Shown: piece after piece, positions 1 to 13,055 of the stretch
How the letters are laid out: each line of letters starts with the position of its first letter
Numbering within the stretch: the stretch's first letter is position 1
Assembly: GCF_001194135.2 (NCBI RefSeq)
Contig: NC_068984.1
Location: 139,515,300 to 139,573,409, forward strand
Length of the DNA stretch: 58,110 nt
Reading direction: 5' to 3'
From: Octopus bimaculoides
Lineage: Eukaryota
The notes under the pieces: generated by a model
The model's input: the letters and a program-made list of their open reading frames with translations, nothing else
Database searches by the model: none
Told to the model about the DNA's origin: nothing
Translations under genes and position numbers: made by a program

Positions 1-643
1 ATACTTACATACACACATATATATATTCATTTAGATCTGATTGAAAATTATTATCGTTGGTGAGACTTTCACATTGATTTTAATACGAAACAGATCGTCA
101 CTAATGAAATATTCAACTTGTCTCTGGGCATAATATTATGATACACATTCACCACTGCGCATATTTGTGCTAATATCTATATCTCATATGGATGTGGGTT
201 TTTATCATATGTATATACCTCGAAGCCATGTTTTATAACGTATTTACTCTGGTATAGTCTGTGTACTTTTGATCCATTATAATAGTGTATTGTACACAGA
301 GACGTAAACATTGTCCATTTCTTTCCTGTATTTCTTCAACATACATGGACATAGAGAAGGAATTAATTTCTTGCATATTCTTATTGCTTTCGAGGAATTG
401 CTTTTATCTAATTCTTTGTCGTCCTGAAATACATCGCAAATAAGACTTTCTCCAAAGATGTGCTTTGGTTTCTCTTGATGACTAGAGCTGTTCTTGATTG
501 TTGGAGATGGTTAAAACTTACTTTGTGTAGGACAATATCTCAATTAAGTTTTCTACAAACATTGGGCTTGCTTGTAGATATTTATAATCCAGTCGTTTTC
601 TCTCTTCTTCCCTCTGTCTCTTTCAGTATTTATTGCTAATTGT

Positions 644-840
644 AGGTAGCAAGTTGGCAGAATTGTTAGTGAGCCAGAAAAGATGCTTAGCGTCATATCG
701 TCCGTCTTCAGTTCAAATTCTGCCGAGACTAAAATAGCATTTCATTATTTAGAGGTCGATAAAATAAGTACCAGTTGAATAATGGGGTAAAAATTTAATT
801 GACTTGACCGCTTCACGAAATTGCTGGCCGCATCCAAACT
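644..840 (+). mobile_element. tRNA-derived SINE, family A (degenerate copy)
   Basis: Matches the window-wide consensus ggcggcgagctggcagaa..ttagc..gagttcaaattccgccgaggtcgac..gtcgataaaataagtaccagtt; A-box-like tggcagaattgtt and B-box-like agttcaaattc. Confidence 0.75.
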
Positions 841-904
841 TTGCGAGTTTTCCGGCAGAAGATTAAAAAAATATATCTCATCTAATATTATTCCTATATT
901 CATT

Positions 905-1104
905 ATTCTTTTACTTGTTTTAGTAATTTAACTGCGGTCATCCTGGAGCACCGCCTTTAGTCGAACAAATCGACCCAAGAACATGTTCTTTGTGAGCCTA
1001 ATGCTTATTCTATCGATCACTCTTGCCGAACCACTAGGCTACGGGGGCGTAAACACACCAACATCGGTTGTCAAGCGACGATGGAGGACAAACACAGACA
1101 GACA

Positions 1105-1153
<49 letters not shown>

Positions 1154-1230
1154 NNNNNNNNNNNNNNNNNNNNNNNNNNNNNNNNNNNNNNNNNNNNNNN
1201 NNNNNNNNNNNNNNNNNNNNNNNNNNNNNN

Positions 1231-1268
<38 letters not shown>

Positions 1269-1432
1269 GACGGTCTTCTTTCAGTTTCCATCTGCCAAAT
1301 CCACCCACAAAGCTTTGGTCGGCCAGAGGCTAGAGTAGAAGACACTTGCCCAAGTTGCCACGCAGTGGGACTGAACCCGAAGCCATGTGCTTGGGAAGCA
1401 AGCTTCTTACCACATAGCCACTCCTGCGCCTA
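905..1432 (-). mobile_element. tRNA-derived CORE-like SINE, family B, with internal (TA)n/(TG)n microsatellite and a gap
   Basis: Minus strand reads ggcgcaggagtggctatgtggtaagaagcttgc..gggttcagtcccactgcgtggcaacttgggcaagtgtcttctact. The ttgggcaagt motif is CORE-like. A microsatellite and a 3' body follow; the same head recurs about 8 times in the window. Confidence 0.8.
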
Positions 1433-1804
1433 TATATTTTGCACAGTTATCGAAAAAATTATTCATTGATATTATTGGATTTCTATGTATATGCCAACAT
1501 TATTCTTTCTTTCTTTCGATATGTAAACCGATAATTCACCGTAATTTTTTGGGACTATTAATATATAAGTTATCACAATATCAAACTTAATGCTAAAGAA
1601 AGTCTCTTTTGACAAATACAGAATCTGTCAATAGTTATTATCCTCTGTTACTTGGACACATGTATATATACACTGAAGAATTGATAAGACGCTGAGTGTT
1701 CTTTAAACAGAAAATAACTATCTGACATGCAGTGCTTTCAAGAGTAAATATGTTAATGAGTTTCTTTATAAAAGTGCTTCTTTAAAAGCAGTCTACAACG
1801 CATG

Positions 1805-2700
1805 TTCAATTTCCGGCATAATCACTGCATTTTTACTTTGTTTCTGTCATTCGTGGCTGATGTCACAATCGCTACGAAAGGAATAAGTGCATGATATCCT
1901 ATCCGACTAGATAATGGCCAAGAGATAACAAAGTACTCTGTGTAGCTGTCCTCAGCTACCACCGTGGACCTCCAGACGGTTCTGAAACCTGGTGCGCGCG
2001 TTTCGCAATGTATCTCTGAGAAAGTCTTGGAGCACCTCATTGACTTTGGCCCCCAGCTCAGTCTTGGTGTTGCAGGCAGAGTGGTTGGTGTATTTCTCAA
2101 CTGTGTCCCACACATAGTAATTGATAGGATTACGATGGGAGAATTTAGGAGGCTAGAAATTAGGGCTGAGGCGGCGAGCTGGCAGAAACTTTACCCGCCG
2201 GGCAAAATGCTTAGCAGTATTTCGTCTGCCGTTACGTTCTGAGTTCAAATTCCGCCGAGGTCGACTTTGCCTTTCAACCTTCCGGGTTCGATAAATTAAG
2301 TACCAGTTACTCACTAGTGTCAATGTAATCGACTTAATCCCTTTGTCTGTCCTTGTTTGTCCCCTCTATGTTTATCCCCTTGTGGGCAATAAGGAAATGA
2401 GAAATCAGGGCTGGTGAAGTCATGGAAATTCTCCGACAATCACTTATGTTGGTCTTTGGAGGTGTGGCAAGGAGAAGCCTACTGTCACTCATAAGGCCTT
2501 CCAGCAGTAATCTTCTCCCGCTAGGACTTGGCCCCAGTCGCCGATAACTCCACACAGCCGTCTGAACTGAGCCTAAAGACGTGGTCGAATATTTGGGGCA
2601 ATATGTCCATACTTTCACTGGAGACAACAATTCCTGTTGGCCACAGATTCGTCGTTTCCGTTGCAGCTGTTAAAGTCACATTTTATATCCTTTACAATGT
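1805..2700 (-). mobile_element. Decayed Tc1/mariner transposase, maT/DD37D type, split by a SINE
   Basis: Minus-strand translation with stops: IVVSSES..ILPQIFDHVFRLSSDGCVEL..ITAGRPYE*Q*ASPCHTSKDQHK*LSENFHDFTSPDF | PKFSHRNPINYYVWDTVEKYTNHSACNTKTELGAKVNEV..RFQNRL. This matches the QQDSAPCH..WPPNSPDxNPxDYYVW catalytic region; restored spacing fits D-37-D. Confidence 0.8.
2169..2399 (+). mobile_element. SINE family A (tail type 1) inserted into the maT transposase, 14-bp TSD
   Basis: Full head, body and tail taatccctttgtctgtccttgtttgtcccc..gggcaataaggaaat. Flanked by agaaattagggctg (2155-2168) and agaaatcagggctg (2400-2413). Confidence 0.9.
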
Positions 2701-2834
2701 TCACAGATTATTGAGCAGCAACTTTTCAGCACCCCACTCATATATATATATATATATANNNNNNNNNNNNNNNNNNNNNNNNNNNNNNNNNNNNNNNNNN
2801 NNNNNNNNNNNNNNNNNNNNNNNNNNNNNNNNNN

Positions 2835-2880
<46 letters not shown>

Positions 2881-4492
2881 GAGTGGGTGCTGGTTAATGC
2901 AACTTCAATTTGGAGCAACACTTGTAGGCGTCACTAATAAATCTTTCCAACGTATTAAATTCAGCCACATTACATGAGGTAGATAGATTTATGGAGCAAA
3001 CTGGCCCATTATGTATTGCGACTTACAGAGTGCTTTTTCTATGTCGGCGTGTATCTAGATATTTCCTATACCATGTTAGATTTTATCACAACAAACGCTA
3101 TTTCACTGATAATCTCTTAGCTATACGTTAATATGGCAAATGATTTATGGTTTATTGTTTCATTCCTAGGTTATATGATAATGTTGCTCTGACAGACATT
3201 CATGCAATACTTTTAAAATATAGCAAATATTACAATAGAGGGTGAGAGGCGAGAGAAGATTACTTCTGTAAAAAAGATGAGATGATGATTTTATAAGATG
3301 TCTTTCAGTAGGAACATTAGATGGATCTATTTTGTGTTTTATTATGCTTTTACGGTTCTTTAAGCTAGGATTTAATATGTAATATATTTTATACACCTAC
3401 CAAATTTCCACACTTCGAAGTATTGATTGTAAGCGACGTAACTATATATATAGCATATCAGTGCATCTGTAGAAATATGGTGTTTTCTGTTAATTTATGC
3501 CAAATAGTATATAGAAGTGGAAAGCCACCAAGGGATTGATTGCGGATGGTTTCTCGTGGAAAACGTCTTTCAGAAACGTTCCAGAAAGCGCTGAAGGCCA
3601 GTGATTGTTAGCTACAACAAGTAAAAGTATCATCTGAATATCCGACAAGAAAGAATAGAATAAATCACAAAGGAATTCAAACAGACAAACCATAATTGAC
3701 AAATACTGACATCCCTGTTGAAATATTTGAGATATTCGATATGTATTGATCGGAATTCTTCCAAAGTGAAAGGGAACTCTATCAGAGGTCAATGTTCAAG
3801 GTTCATCGGGAGTTTTTGTTAGAGATATTATACAACAAGCGTTCTGATGACCCTTGAATAGATCTCAAATTCCTGCTTCGTTGAATGAATCACTGCAGAT
3901 ATGGACACTATCGCGCTGGTATTGTATAATCAATAAAGAACACGGATTAAACATGTTGAATATTAATTCCTGACATATACATCAGACCAATACTCTGTGT
4001 AGGTTAGGTCACAGATACCAGAATGCCACTGCTAGATACTTTATCGCGTATTGGTCTGAGTATAAATAAAATACGTATTTTAACTTGTAAAATGAAGCGG
4101 AAAAAACGACGAAAATATATTCTGCTGTGTGTTTGGTTCGATACTCTACAAGTTCTGTGAGCTCTCAACTTTCTGGAAGGCATGTGATATTACACATATA
4201 GCAGAAGGAAATACAAAATCAAAAAATCCAACATTTCATAAAGTACTTTCCTGTCTAATGTAACATGTAGTAAGAAAGAACGTTGTCGCCTATTGTCGTT
4301 AAATAACAAAAGTAATCTAGCATCTATTTATTACTGGTCTTGGAAAATTGCTTAAGAAAGAATTTTCGAAGTTGCTTTTGAATTTATCATGGAAATACAA
4401 TCGAAAGAATTTGACAAACTGTTTCATTCTTATACGTGAGGCATCATTTAACAAAAAGGTTTCTTTCTATTCTTTTACTTTTATTTTTTCAG

Positions 4493-4515
4493 AATATGAA
4501 ACAAGTCTTGCAGAA
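4493..4515 (+). CDS. Candidate plus-strand micro-exon (unverified)
   Basis: ttcttttacttttattttttcag|AATATGAAACAAGTCTTGCAGAA|gtgagt; reads YETSLAE or NMKQVLQ. Based on splice signals only. Confidence 0.2.
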
Positions 4516-5890
4516 GTGAGTTATCAAACATTTGAATGGACTAAAAACAAATAAAATTTCAGCGAAACGTGAAAGAAAATTTCTTAGTTAACGTTGTCGA
4601 CATAACTTGAGAAATCTTATGTCCAATAAGTTTTGATGTAAGAGCTACTTAGGCATTTCTGCTTTGAAATATAATCGAACTATTTTTGTGTGAAATTGAA
4701 TTGGCAATCAGGAACTTGAAAACCTTTGGTGGTTAGCAGACTAGGAGTATAATTTAGCGTATGCTTAGTTGAAATACAAGCACTCGACTTGTTATTATAA
4801 TAAAAATTAACACGTTCTGAAAATAGGAAACGAAAATGGAAGACGGTAAATTCATAAATCAGATATAATGTGAAGTTTGATATATTTCAAATCGTATCTT
4901 ACATTTGTGTGAGTGCTGGTGTTAAACTATTCAATGTGTAGGCATAATGTTGCCAGGATAGTGATTGTATTTGTGTGAATGTGTTTATCTGAATGTGTTT
5001 GACCATGTGTGAAAAATATAAACAACGTAATAAATATAAAATCGAGTTATAGGATTACCTTTAATCTTGATTTAATAGTTTTTCTTTTGCTTTCTGTGTA
5101 AATGCCATAGATTCATATTAACCCTTCAGCGAGCTAGCTGTGCAGCACACGACTGATTTCTGCTTCATATATTAACTTCTTCGAATTCGAGATTTCTAGC
5201 CGGACTTCATAAACAATGTTGTCCCAATATCATTGAGCGTAATTTCAATACAAAATTATATATTAAGAACCAAGTTTGGCCAAGCAAAGAAGACAACCAT
5301 GGAAAGTGTAGTGCTTCCTACAATATAGGGCAATGTTTACAAGACGGGAGTTGATCAGATCTAATTCGGTTATATAGTGATACTTTTATTGTACTCCAGT
5401 GGGAATTTCAAAATAGATACAACCGTCTCCGGTAGACTTGATTTCAGACAATGCGGAAAAGAAACTAAATCCTAACGGTAAACTTGACAGCGTTCACAAG
5501 TAAACAGCGAATAACTGTTCAGAGTAACGAAAAGTGTTATTGCGTTTATCACAACGATTTTTGAAGTTACCACGAATAGAAAATTCAGAGTTAAAGTCAT
5601 CTCTTTGTTGGGTGTTGAATGCATTAAACACAGAATAGAATGTGGTTAGCAGAGGAGGTATACGTATTCCTGTCAGATATTCACGAGACTATTTATACAA
5701 ATCTCAACCTGGAAAATATATCTCTATATATTGACACTTACGTACATCTATCGTTTACTTATATTAGTCATTAGACTGCAGTAATGCCGGGGCATTGCGT
5801 TGGAGAAATTTAATCAAATGAACTGTATATAATAATATATATAATATGTGATTTAAACCCACGCATCCATTTCCAAGTAAGCTTATCTTC

Positions 5891-5922
<32 letters not shown>

Positions 5923-6705
5923 NNNNNNNNNNNNNNNNNNNNNNNNNNNNNNNNNNNNNNNNNNNNNNNNNNNNNNNNNNNNNNNNNNNNNNNNNNNNNN
6001 NNNNNNNNNNNNNNNNNNNNNNNNNNNNNNNNNNNNNNNNNNNNNNNNNNNNNNNNNNNNNNNNNNNNNNNNNNNNNNNNNNNNNNNNAAACAAACACAC
6101 GCATTTTGAATGAATAATCAAACGCCTCTATAGAACATGGAACCACTTCTAAATGACTTCATGTATCACGTAAATCAGATGAGTGAACAACAAATTCCCT
6201 TTTTAGCGAATGGTAAATATGAAAGGTAAATATTATGTGTGGGTGGAGTAGATCTCATAGCATAAACATTTTAAATAAATTGAAGCTTTATAACAACTCT
6301 ACAATTAACAATGATATCACGTAAATAGAGAGTCGGTGTTTCACTAAAGTGTATATTAATTTTAATATAACTGAAGAATATCTGGAGAGGTGTGGAGGGG
6401 GGAACGAAGATTGCAGAATGAAAGTAAAGAGAACCCTTTGATGAGTGTTGTGCCCAGGGAACAGTTGGTTGGTAAGTGATATATAGTCTCTTCTTATTTA
6501 TACGTAGATAACGGCATAACGATATATATATCTCTCTCTCCCTTTCTCTTTCTCTCTTACACACACACACACACACACATATGTATGTATGAAATTAGAA
6601 TGTCTGCTCTGTTCTCCACTGACACTTCCCTTGAAGAATGTGTATATTGATTTATTAGATATTAGTATCGGTACGTCTAAGTATACTATTACTATTAATA
6701 ATAAT

Positions 6706-6889
6706 CGTTTCTACCAAAGGCACAAGGTCTGAAATTAGGTGGGAGAGGACTAATTGATTACAATGACCACGAATGAAAGAAAGGGAAAGTCGACCTCGGC
6801 GTAATTTGAACTCAGAACACAGCAACGGGTGAAATACCGCTAAACTTTTCGTCTACCGTGCTAACGATTCTGCCAGCTCACCGCCTTAA
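6706..6889 (-). mobile_element. SINE family A
   Basis: Reverse-complement consensus: aaagtcgacctcggcgtaatttgaactcagaac..gctaacgattctgccagctcaccgcctta; internal deletion. Confidence 0.85.
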
Positions 6890-6902
6890 TATTAATATAA
6901 AA

Positions 6903-6935
<33 letters not shown>

Positions 6936-7317
6936 TATATACATATATATATACATATATATATACATATATATATATATATACATATATATATACATAT
7001 ACATATATANNNNNNNNNNNNNNNNNNNNNNNNNNNNNNNNNNNNNNNNNNNNNNNNNNNNNNNNNNNNNNNNNNNNNNNNNNNNNNNNNNNNNNNNNNN
7101 NNNNNNNNNNNNNNNNNNNNNNNNNNNNNNNNNNNNNNNNNNNNNNNNNNNNNNNNNNNNNNNNNNNNNNNNNNNNNAGGGATAAAAATCCAAATTTACA
7201 GGTAAAAACTCAATTAAATTTTATTACAGTTCTTTTTAGTGTATTTACTTATTAATTTTTCTATATGTGACTGTGGATTTTCATGGATGTGTTCATGAAC
7301 TTTGTTTTTTTTTCTCT

Positions 7318-7358
<41 letters not shown>

Positions 7359-7643
7359 CATTGATCGTGATAGAAAAGTCAACAAAAAGAAGTACTCCAT
7401 TTGGTGAGAAATAAATATTACTTATCTAAAGGTCACAGTGCATGTATTAAAACGCTGCTAACAGTTTCATATGTTGAGAAAACTCAAATATATTCTTCAT
7501 CTACAAACCACATGTCATAACGCTATGATATGTGGTTTGCGCCTGAAGAATATGCTTGAGGTTTCTCAAAACATGAAACTATTAATATTGCATTAATACA
7601 TGTATTGTCAATCTTTAAATAATATATATATACATACAAATCA

Positions 7644-7687
<44 letters not shown>

Positions 7688-7704
7688 TTGTGTATATATA
7701 TACA

Positions 7705-7875
7705 ATGAGCTTCTTTCAGTTTTCGTCTCCGGAATCCACTCCCTAAGGTTTGGTCGACCTGAGACTATGGTGAAAGACAGTTACCTCAATGTGCCACGCA
7801 AACCAGGAAATTATGCTAAACTAGGAATTATGTGACTGGGAAGTAACCTTCTTACCATACAGCTACGCTGCGGCC
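7705..7875 (-). mobile_element. SINE family B head next to a (TG)n array
   Basis: gagcttctttcagttttcgtctcc..tttggtcgacctgagactatgg..gggaagtaaccttcttaccatacagc is similar to 1265-1432. Confidence 0.7.
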
Positions 7876-7999
7876 TGTATGTATGTAATTAAGTATATAT
7901 GTATTCATGTACGTATGTACGCTGGTGTGTGTCTTTGTATGTGCGAGTGAATCTTTGCGTGTGTGTATCTTTGTGTGTGTCTGAGTGTGTGCGGGCGTC

Positions 8000-8240
8000 T
8001 TTGTGTGGATAGTTACTGTGCCTGGAGGAGTTGAATAAAAAGAAGATTTGAAGACATTTCAAGAGGTTTTTGAAAGATGTAGTCCTTTAGAATTGTAAAT
8101 TGGGATGTATAGGAAGGTGGGTTTTAGATGTGTTGAAATAGTGAGCGAAAAGAATGTTTTGAATTTGTGTATAGAAGTCTTTTATTCTTTGATGCTTAAG
8201 AAAAGAAGTTTTAAAAAAACTTTATTCCCACAGTCACTGA
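8000..8240 (-). mobile_element. Possible decayed retroelement coding fragment (Penelope-like linker?)
   Basis: Minus frame with stops KTSIHKFKTFFSLTISTHLKPTFLYIPIYNSKGLHLSKTS*NVFKSSFYSTPPGTVT. Resemblance to the Penelope RT/GIY-YIG linker is from memory only. Confidence 0.25.
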
Positions 8241-8312
8241 ACTATATATATTTTTGAAAAATACAAATCATTTCAAGCAGATACACACATCCGCGCACAG
8301 AGACACGTACAA

Positions 8313-8343
<31 letters not shown>

Positions 8344-8506
8344 AACACACAGACACATACACCTATACATATGTCTGTATATGTATGTATACGCATGTGA
8401 GTAAATGCAGTAAAATATATCGAGACACATACTTGCGTACATTTTTATATATAAAACGCACAAATACACACATATGATGTGTGAGTGTGTGTATTTATGT
8501 ATGCGC

Positions 8507-8545
<39 letters not shown>

Positions 8546-8546
8546 A

Positions 8547-8604
<58 letters not shown>

Positions 8605-9036
8605 TTGTATATTTATACACGCACACAGCCTCATACAACGTTATACATATGACTTTGTGCGTGTTTGTGTGTGCGACTGTGTTTATTGGCATATTTAATT
8701 CAGCTCTACCTATAGTTCAATAGCAATAAATTCAATTTAATTTCCCGAAAGCTATAGCCTTAAGCACGAAACAACAATTATTCTAAAACACAGACACTAT
8801 ATAATATATATCTTGCTTCTCTCTGTAGTTCTCTTTCAAATAATTCGTTTTGTACTCATTCCTCCTTTTCCAATTTCATCTCCTATAAACCCTCTTCCTT
8901 TTATAATTCCAAACTACCATGCCTACCAATCATCCTTCATGTACGATGATATATGTTGTATACTTCTCAGGTAATTCGATGGTAACTATTTTCAAATTGC
9001 TAGCTTATAGATTTCCACAGAGTCCCATTCAATTAC

Positions 9037-9160
9037 CAACAAAACCTCTGTAAGACTGTATTTTCGGATCCACCGGCAGACGGTCTGTTCCTTGTTCTTC
9101 TACGATCCGGTCTTTATTGTTATTTAAGCCACACGAAGTTCCCTGCCAAATATAGCAGAC
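9037..9160 (-). CDS. Candidate internal exon, product unknown
   Basis: Acceptor atgtctcttttcatgtag|, donor TTG|gtaatt. Only one frame is open: VCYIWQGTSCGLNNNKDRIVEEQGTDRLPVDPKIQSYRGFV. GC-richer than the flanks. Confidence 0.45.
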
Positions 9161-10621
9161 CTACATGAAAAGAGACATATATACTGAGATGTACTGGAAG
9201 TTCTTTCACTTTGTATAGTGACAGATTAGACGATAAGCGACATATATACTTAGATATGCTGGAGATAACTCCATGTAAACATTTTCTTTATGTGTGTTTG
9301 TTCAAGATTGATTATTCCCACTCATTTATAAAACCTAGTTATTTCTCAAAATCAAATAATTTCTCATTACTTATACAACGCTATACACTAAAGAAATGAA
9401 CCAGTCATTTCATTTAAATAAATTTTATGATGTACTTTTAATGCGTCGGTCATTACACCTCAAGTGTGGATGTATTTAAATAAATACATACATATATCTA
9501 TGTAGTTTTATTCACACATAAATGCTTTTATATTTATGAATATATTTATCTATACGTTAGATGAGCTATATNNNNNNNNNNNNNNNNNNNNNNNNNNNNN
9601 NNNNNNNNNNNNNNNNNNNNNNNNNNNNNNNNNNNNNNNNNNNNNNNNNNNNNNNNNNNNNNNNNNNNNNNNNNNNNNNNNNNNNNNNNNNNNNNNNNNN
9701 NNNNNNNNNNNNNNNNNNNNNNNNNNNNNNNNNNNNNNNNNNNNNNNNNNNNNNNNNNNNNNNNNNNNNNNNNNNNNNNNNNNNNNNNNNNNNNNNNNNN
9801 NNNNNNNNNNNNNNNNNNNNNNNNNNNNNNNNNNNNNNNNNNNNNNNNNNNNNNNNNNNNNNNNNNNNNNNNNNNNNNNNNNNNNNNNNNNNNNNNNNNN
9901 NNNNNNNNNNNNNNNNNNNNNNNNNNNNNNNNNNNNNNNNNNNNNNNNNNNNNNNNNNATATATATATATATATATACTATGAGCCTTCCTTAGTAGCTT
10001 TCTCTCCGTAACTCGTAAAGCCTTTTGGGTTTGTTTATAAAAATATAATTTATGTAGTATCAAGACAGATTAAGTATATTTTAACTAAATTTGACTGAAA
10101 TTGATGAGTAGGCGTTTGGCCAATCAAATTCGTAAGGAGCCATGAAAGCGTCGATCTGTGAGTTCGATTCAGCATGAGGTCACCTCATAATTTTTCTGGT
10201 GACTTGTTTATATCTAAAAAATGTCGCTTCAAATCCGAGAATAAATAACATTATGATATATATAATATACAGTTGTTTTTTATATGTCAGTAATATCATG
10301 CAAACAACACTCTACTGAGTAGAAAAAGATGAAGGCTTTAAAGAAATTATATTCAATTTTGTCCTATAGCTAAATATGCTGAGCTTAGCTAAATAGGACA
10401 ATAAGCACAAAGAGACACACGCACACAAATACATGTATATGGCTCTATGTGAATATGTACATCTAGGTGTATATAAAGATATATAAACACATGCGCACAT
10501 ATATATGCACATATGTATGTATATGCAAGGCATATAACATGATTATGTGTATGTTCTTAATTATATCGGTACATATATATTTATGCTGTATACGTTTAGA
10601 AAGGCCTGTGTGTTTGCATTC

Positions 10622-10670
<49 letters not shown>

Positions 10671-11595
10671 TACTACAATAGCATTTACTAGATGTTTCGG
10701 GCGCTGTTTAGCCTGACATTCCATTCCTATACTTGTATTGCATTGTACATTATTATTATCGATACAAAAGTAGTCTAGAATTTTAATTTTAGCAGATATC
10801 AATTCTTGGTATTTTAAACAAATTTAAGGATACGTGCGTCTAAAATGGCTACATAATGAGTTGTTAAGCAGTTTTCCACTTTCTTCCGTCTTTTGAAGTG
10901 ATATTTATCCAGAACCTCAAATTTACACCTATGTATTTTAGTATGCATAAATAAAACCATATCGAAACAGAAAAAAAGTCGTGTGATAGAGAGAAAGGAG
11001 ATATACTTGTACCAGTATTCAAGTCTATCTAAGAAAGTAATAAAGTATTAGAAATAAACTATGAAAATTGGCATCAAGTATAGAAGAAAGTAATAAGAAA
11101 TTTTAGTGCCTGAGACAAGACAGTTAATTTCCATGCAGGTTAAGCAGTATCGCCATTTGTATATAAGAAAGTAAAGCATTTCAGACATATTGTCTAGATC
11201 ATGGTGCCTTCAAATGTACGAATGTTCTTATAAGTTCTTGGTATTACCGTTTCATTCGTAGGTCGTAAATTAATTTACAAATAAATATTTGTGCTCTTCA
11301 CATTGTAGAATGTAGTTGTCTGTGGGAAAGTTATTTTAATTAATCTCCAGAACAATAAACGAGACAATACCATTGCAATAGCAGTAGCAGCGTTATTATT
11401 AATAAAATGATATCTGTAACGAGATAATAATTATAGCAACGATAATGAAGTTGATCAAAATGATGATGATAACGAAGAGCTTTATAATTATGATAGAAAA
11501 ACAAAAAAAAAACCAGAATAAAAAATTATGATAAAAAAACAAAAGCTATTAATGATACCGATGAAAATACTAGCAATAATTTGAAAGGATTGCAA

Positions 11596-11668
<73 letters not shown>
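11596..11668. repeat. (AAT)n microsatellite
   Basis: Perfect trinucleotide array directly 5' of an R4-like fragment. Confidence 0.97.
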
Positions 11669-11669
<1 letters not shown>

Positions 11670-12068
11670 GCAAATATAAAGATCTTGAAATAGAAATTAG
11701 CAAAATGTGGAATCTGAAGACGAAAACAATACCTATTGTCATAGGTGCCCTGGGAATGACAGCGAAACGGGCTGATTACTACCTAGCTCAGATACCAGGA
11801 AACCCCAAAATGGCTGAAGTTCAAAAGATAGTGCTCATGGGAACTGCCCATATCCTACGTAAAATACTGTTTATGTGATCTCAAATTTTAAAGCAAACAC
11901 ATAATTTTCTTATGGTTTCTTAAACATTCACTTGAACAAAACTGTACAAATACAAATATATGGTACCCTAGGCATAACACCTACATGAACTTCTAACTTG
12001 CTGTCTCTTGAGGTCTCTGGGTGAGACTTGGATCCAACTTGTACAAATGCAAAACAAAAGTCAAACAT
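11669..12068 (+). mobile_element. 5'-truncated R4/Dong-type (RLE) non-LTR retrotransposon: ORF C-terminus plus 3' UTR
   Basis: 11669-11878 encodes SKYKDLEIEISKMWNLKTKTIPIVIGALGMTAKRADYYLAQIPGNPKMAEVQKIVLMGTAHILRKILFM*, the typical KYxDL..W..VIGALG..QKxxLxGTAxILRK end of R4-clade ORFs. A UTR and an (AAT)n tail follow. Confidence 0.85.
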
Positions 12069-12363
<295 letters not shown>

Positions 12364-12364
12364 T

Positions 12365-12812
12365 GTCAATAATCATAAATGTTCTTTCTTTTTTATTCAC
12401 TACAATAATGTCCGGTTTCTTATGTCTGATCAGCTGATCGCACTGGATCATTGCATCCCACCTAATTTTGCTCTTCGTTGGACGTGATTTCCACAGAGAT
12501 CCCAATGGATCATTCTTGCTACAGAATCGTGCGTCGTTTGTATTCCCGTTGCACCAATTTCGGGCATTCGTTAGCCATGTGCCAAACCGTTTCACCCCTC
12601 TCACCACACATTCTGTATTTGTCACTATCGATAGTGCTGTGCATTCTGCACTTCATGTGATTGGTCCTTAATGCTTGTTCCTGTGCTGCGCATACGGGTG
12701 CTTCTGTCTCTACCTTCCGGTCATTCCTTCTCATCCATAGCCACCGATCCTCTGTATCTGTCTTGACATTAACATATCTTGCAAATTGACCGTACATTTT
12801 TCCTTCCATGCT
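12365..12812 (-). mobile_element. R4/Dong-type (RLE) non-LTR retrotransposon fragment: zinc knuckle plus PD-(D/E)xK nuclease
   Basis: MYGQFAR..W..KVETEAPVCAAQEQALRTN..KYRMCGERGETVWHMANECPKL..YKR/RHDSVARMIHWDLC..WDAMIQCDQLIRHKKPDIIVVNKKERTFMIID, with frameshifts and an internal deletion. Confidence 0.88.
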
Positions 12813-13055
12813 TTTTCTTTTTTCTTTTTTGTTTATTTCTTATTTGAATTTTTCTTTAGTTGCACAATTTTCAGTCTTGATGACGCCGGTTCTTCGTGTG
12901 TTTCAACAGTGCCAGTCTCTATTTCTCTTAGGCAGAAACAAGAAAAATACCGCTGTTACTTGAATACTATACAAATAAGTCTTTAAAAAGACTTTTCTTT
13001 TAAATTTACCAAAATTTAATTTTTCAATAATTTTTCAAAAATCTATTATTCATAT

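Noticed and set aside
277-510. About 78-codon stop-free minus frame (PSPTIKNSSSHQEKPKHIFGESLICDVFQ..)
   Set aside because: No usable start or acceptor and no recognisable motif; compatible with chance.
3490-3950. Protein-like plus and minus readings (e.g. IPVEIFEIFDMY..)
   Set aside because: Several stops in every frame and no identifiable family.
12871-12910. Possible inverted second hammerhead (rc actgttgaaacacacgaagaaccgg)
   Set aside because: Shares actgttgaaa and aaccgg with the motif at 13056 but has no stem II and no intact core.
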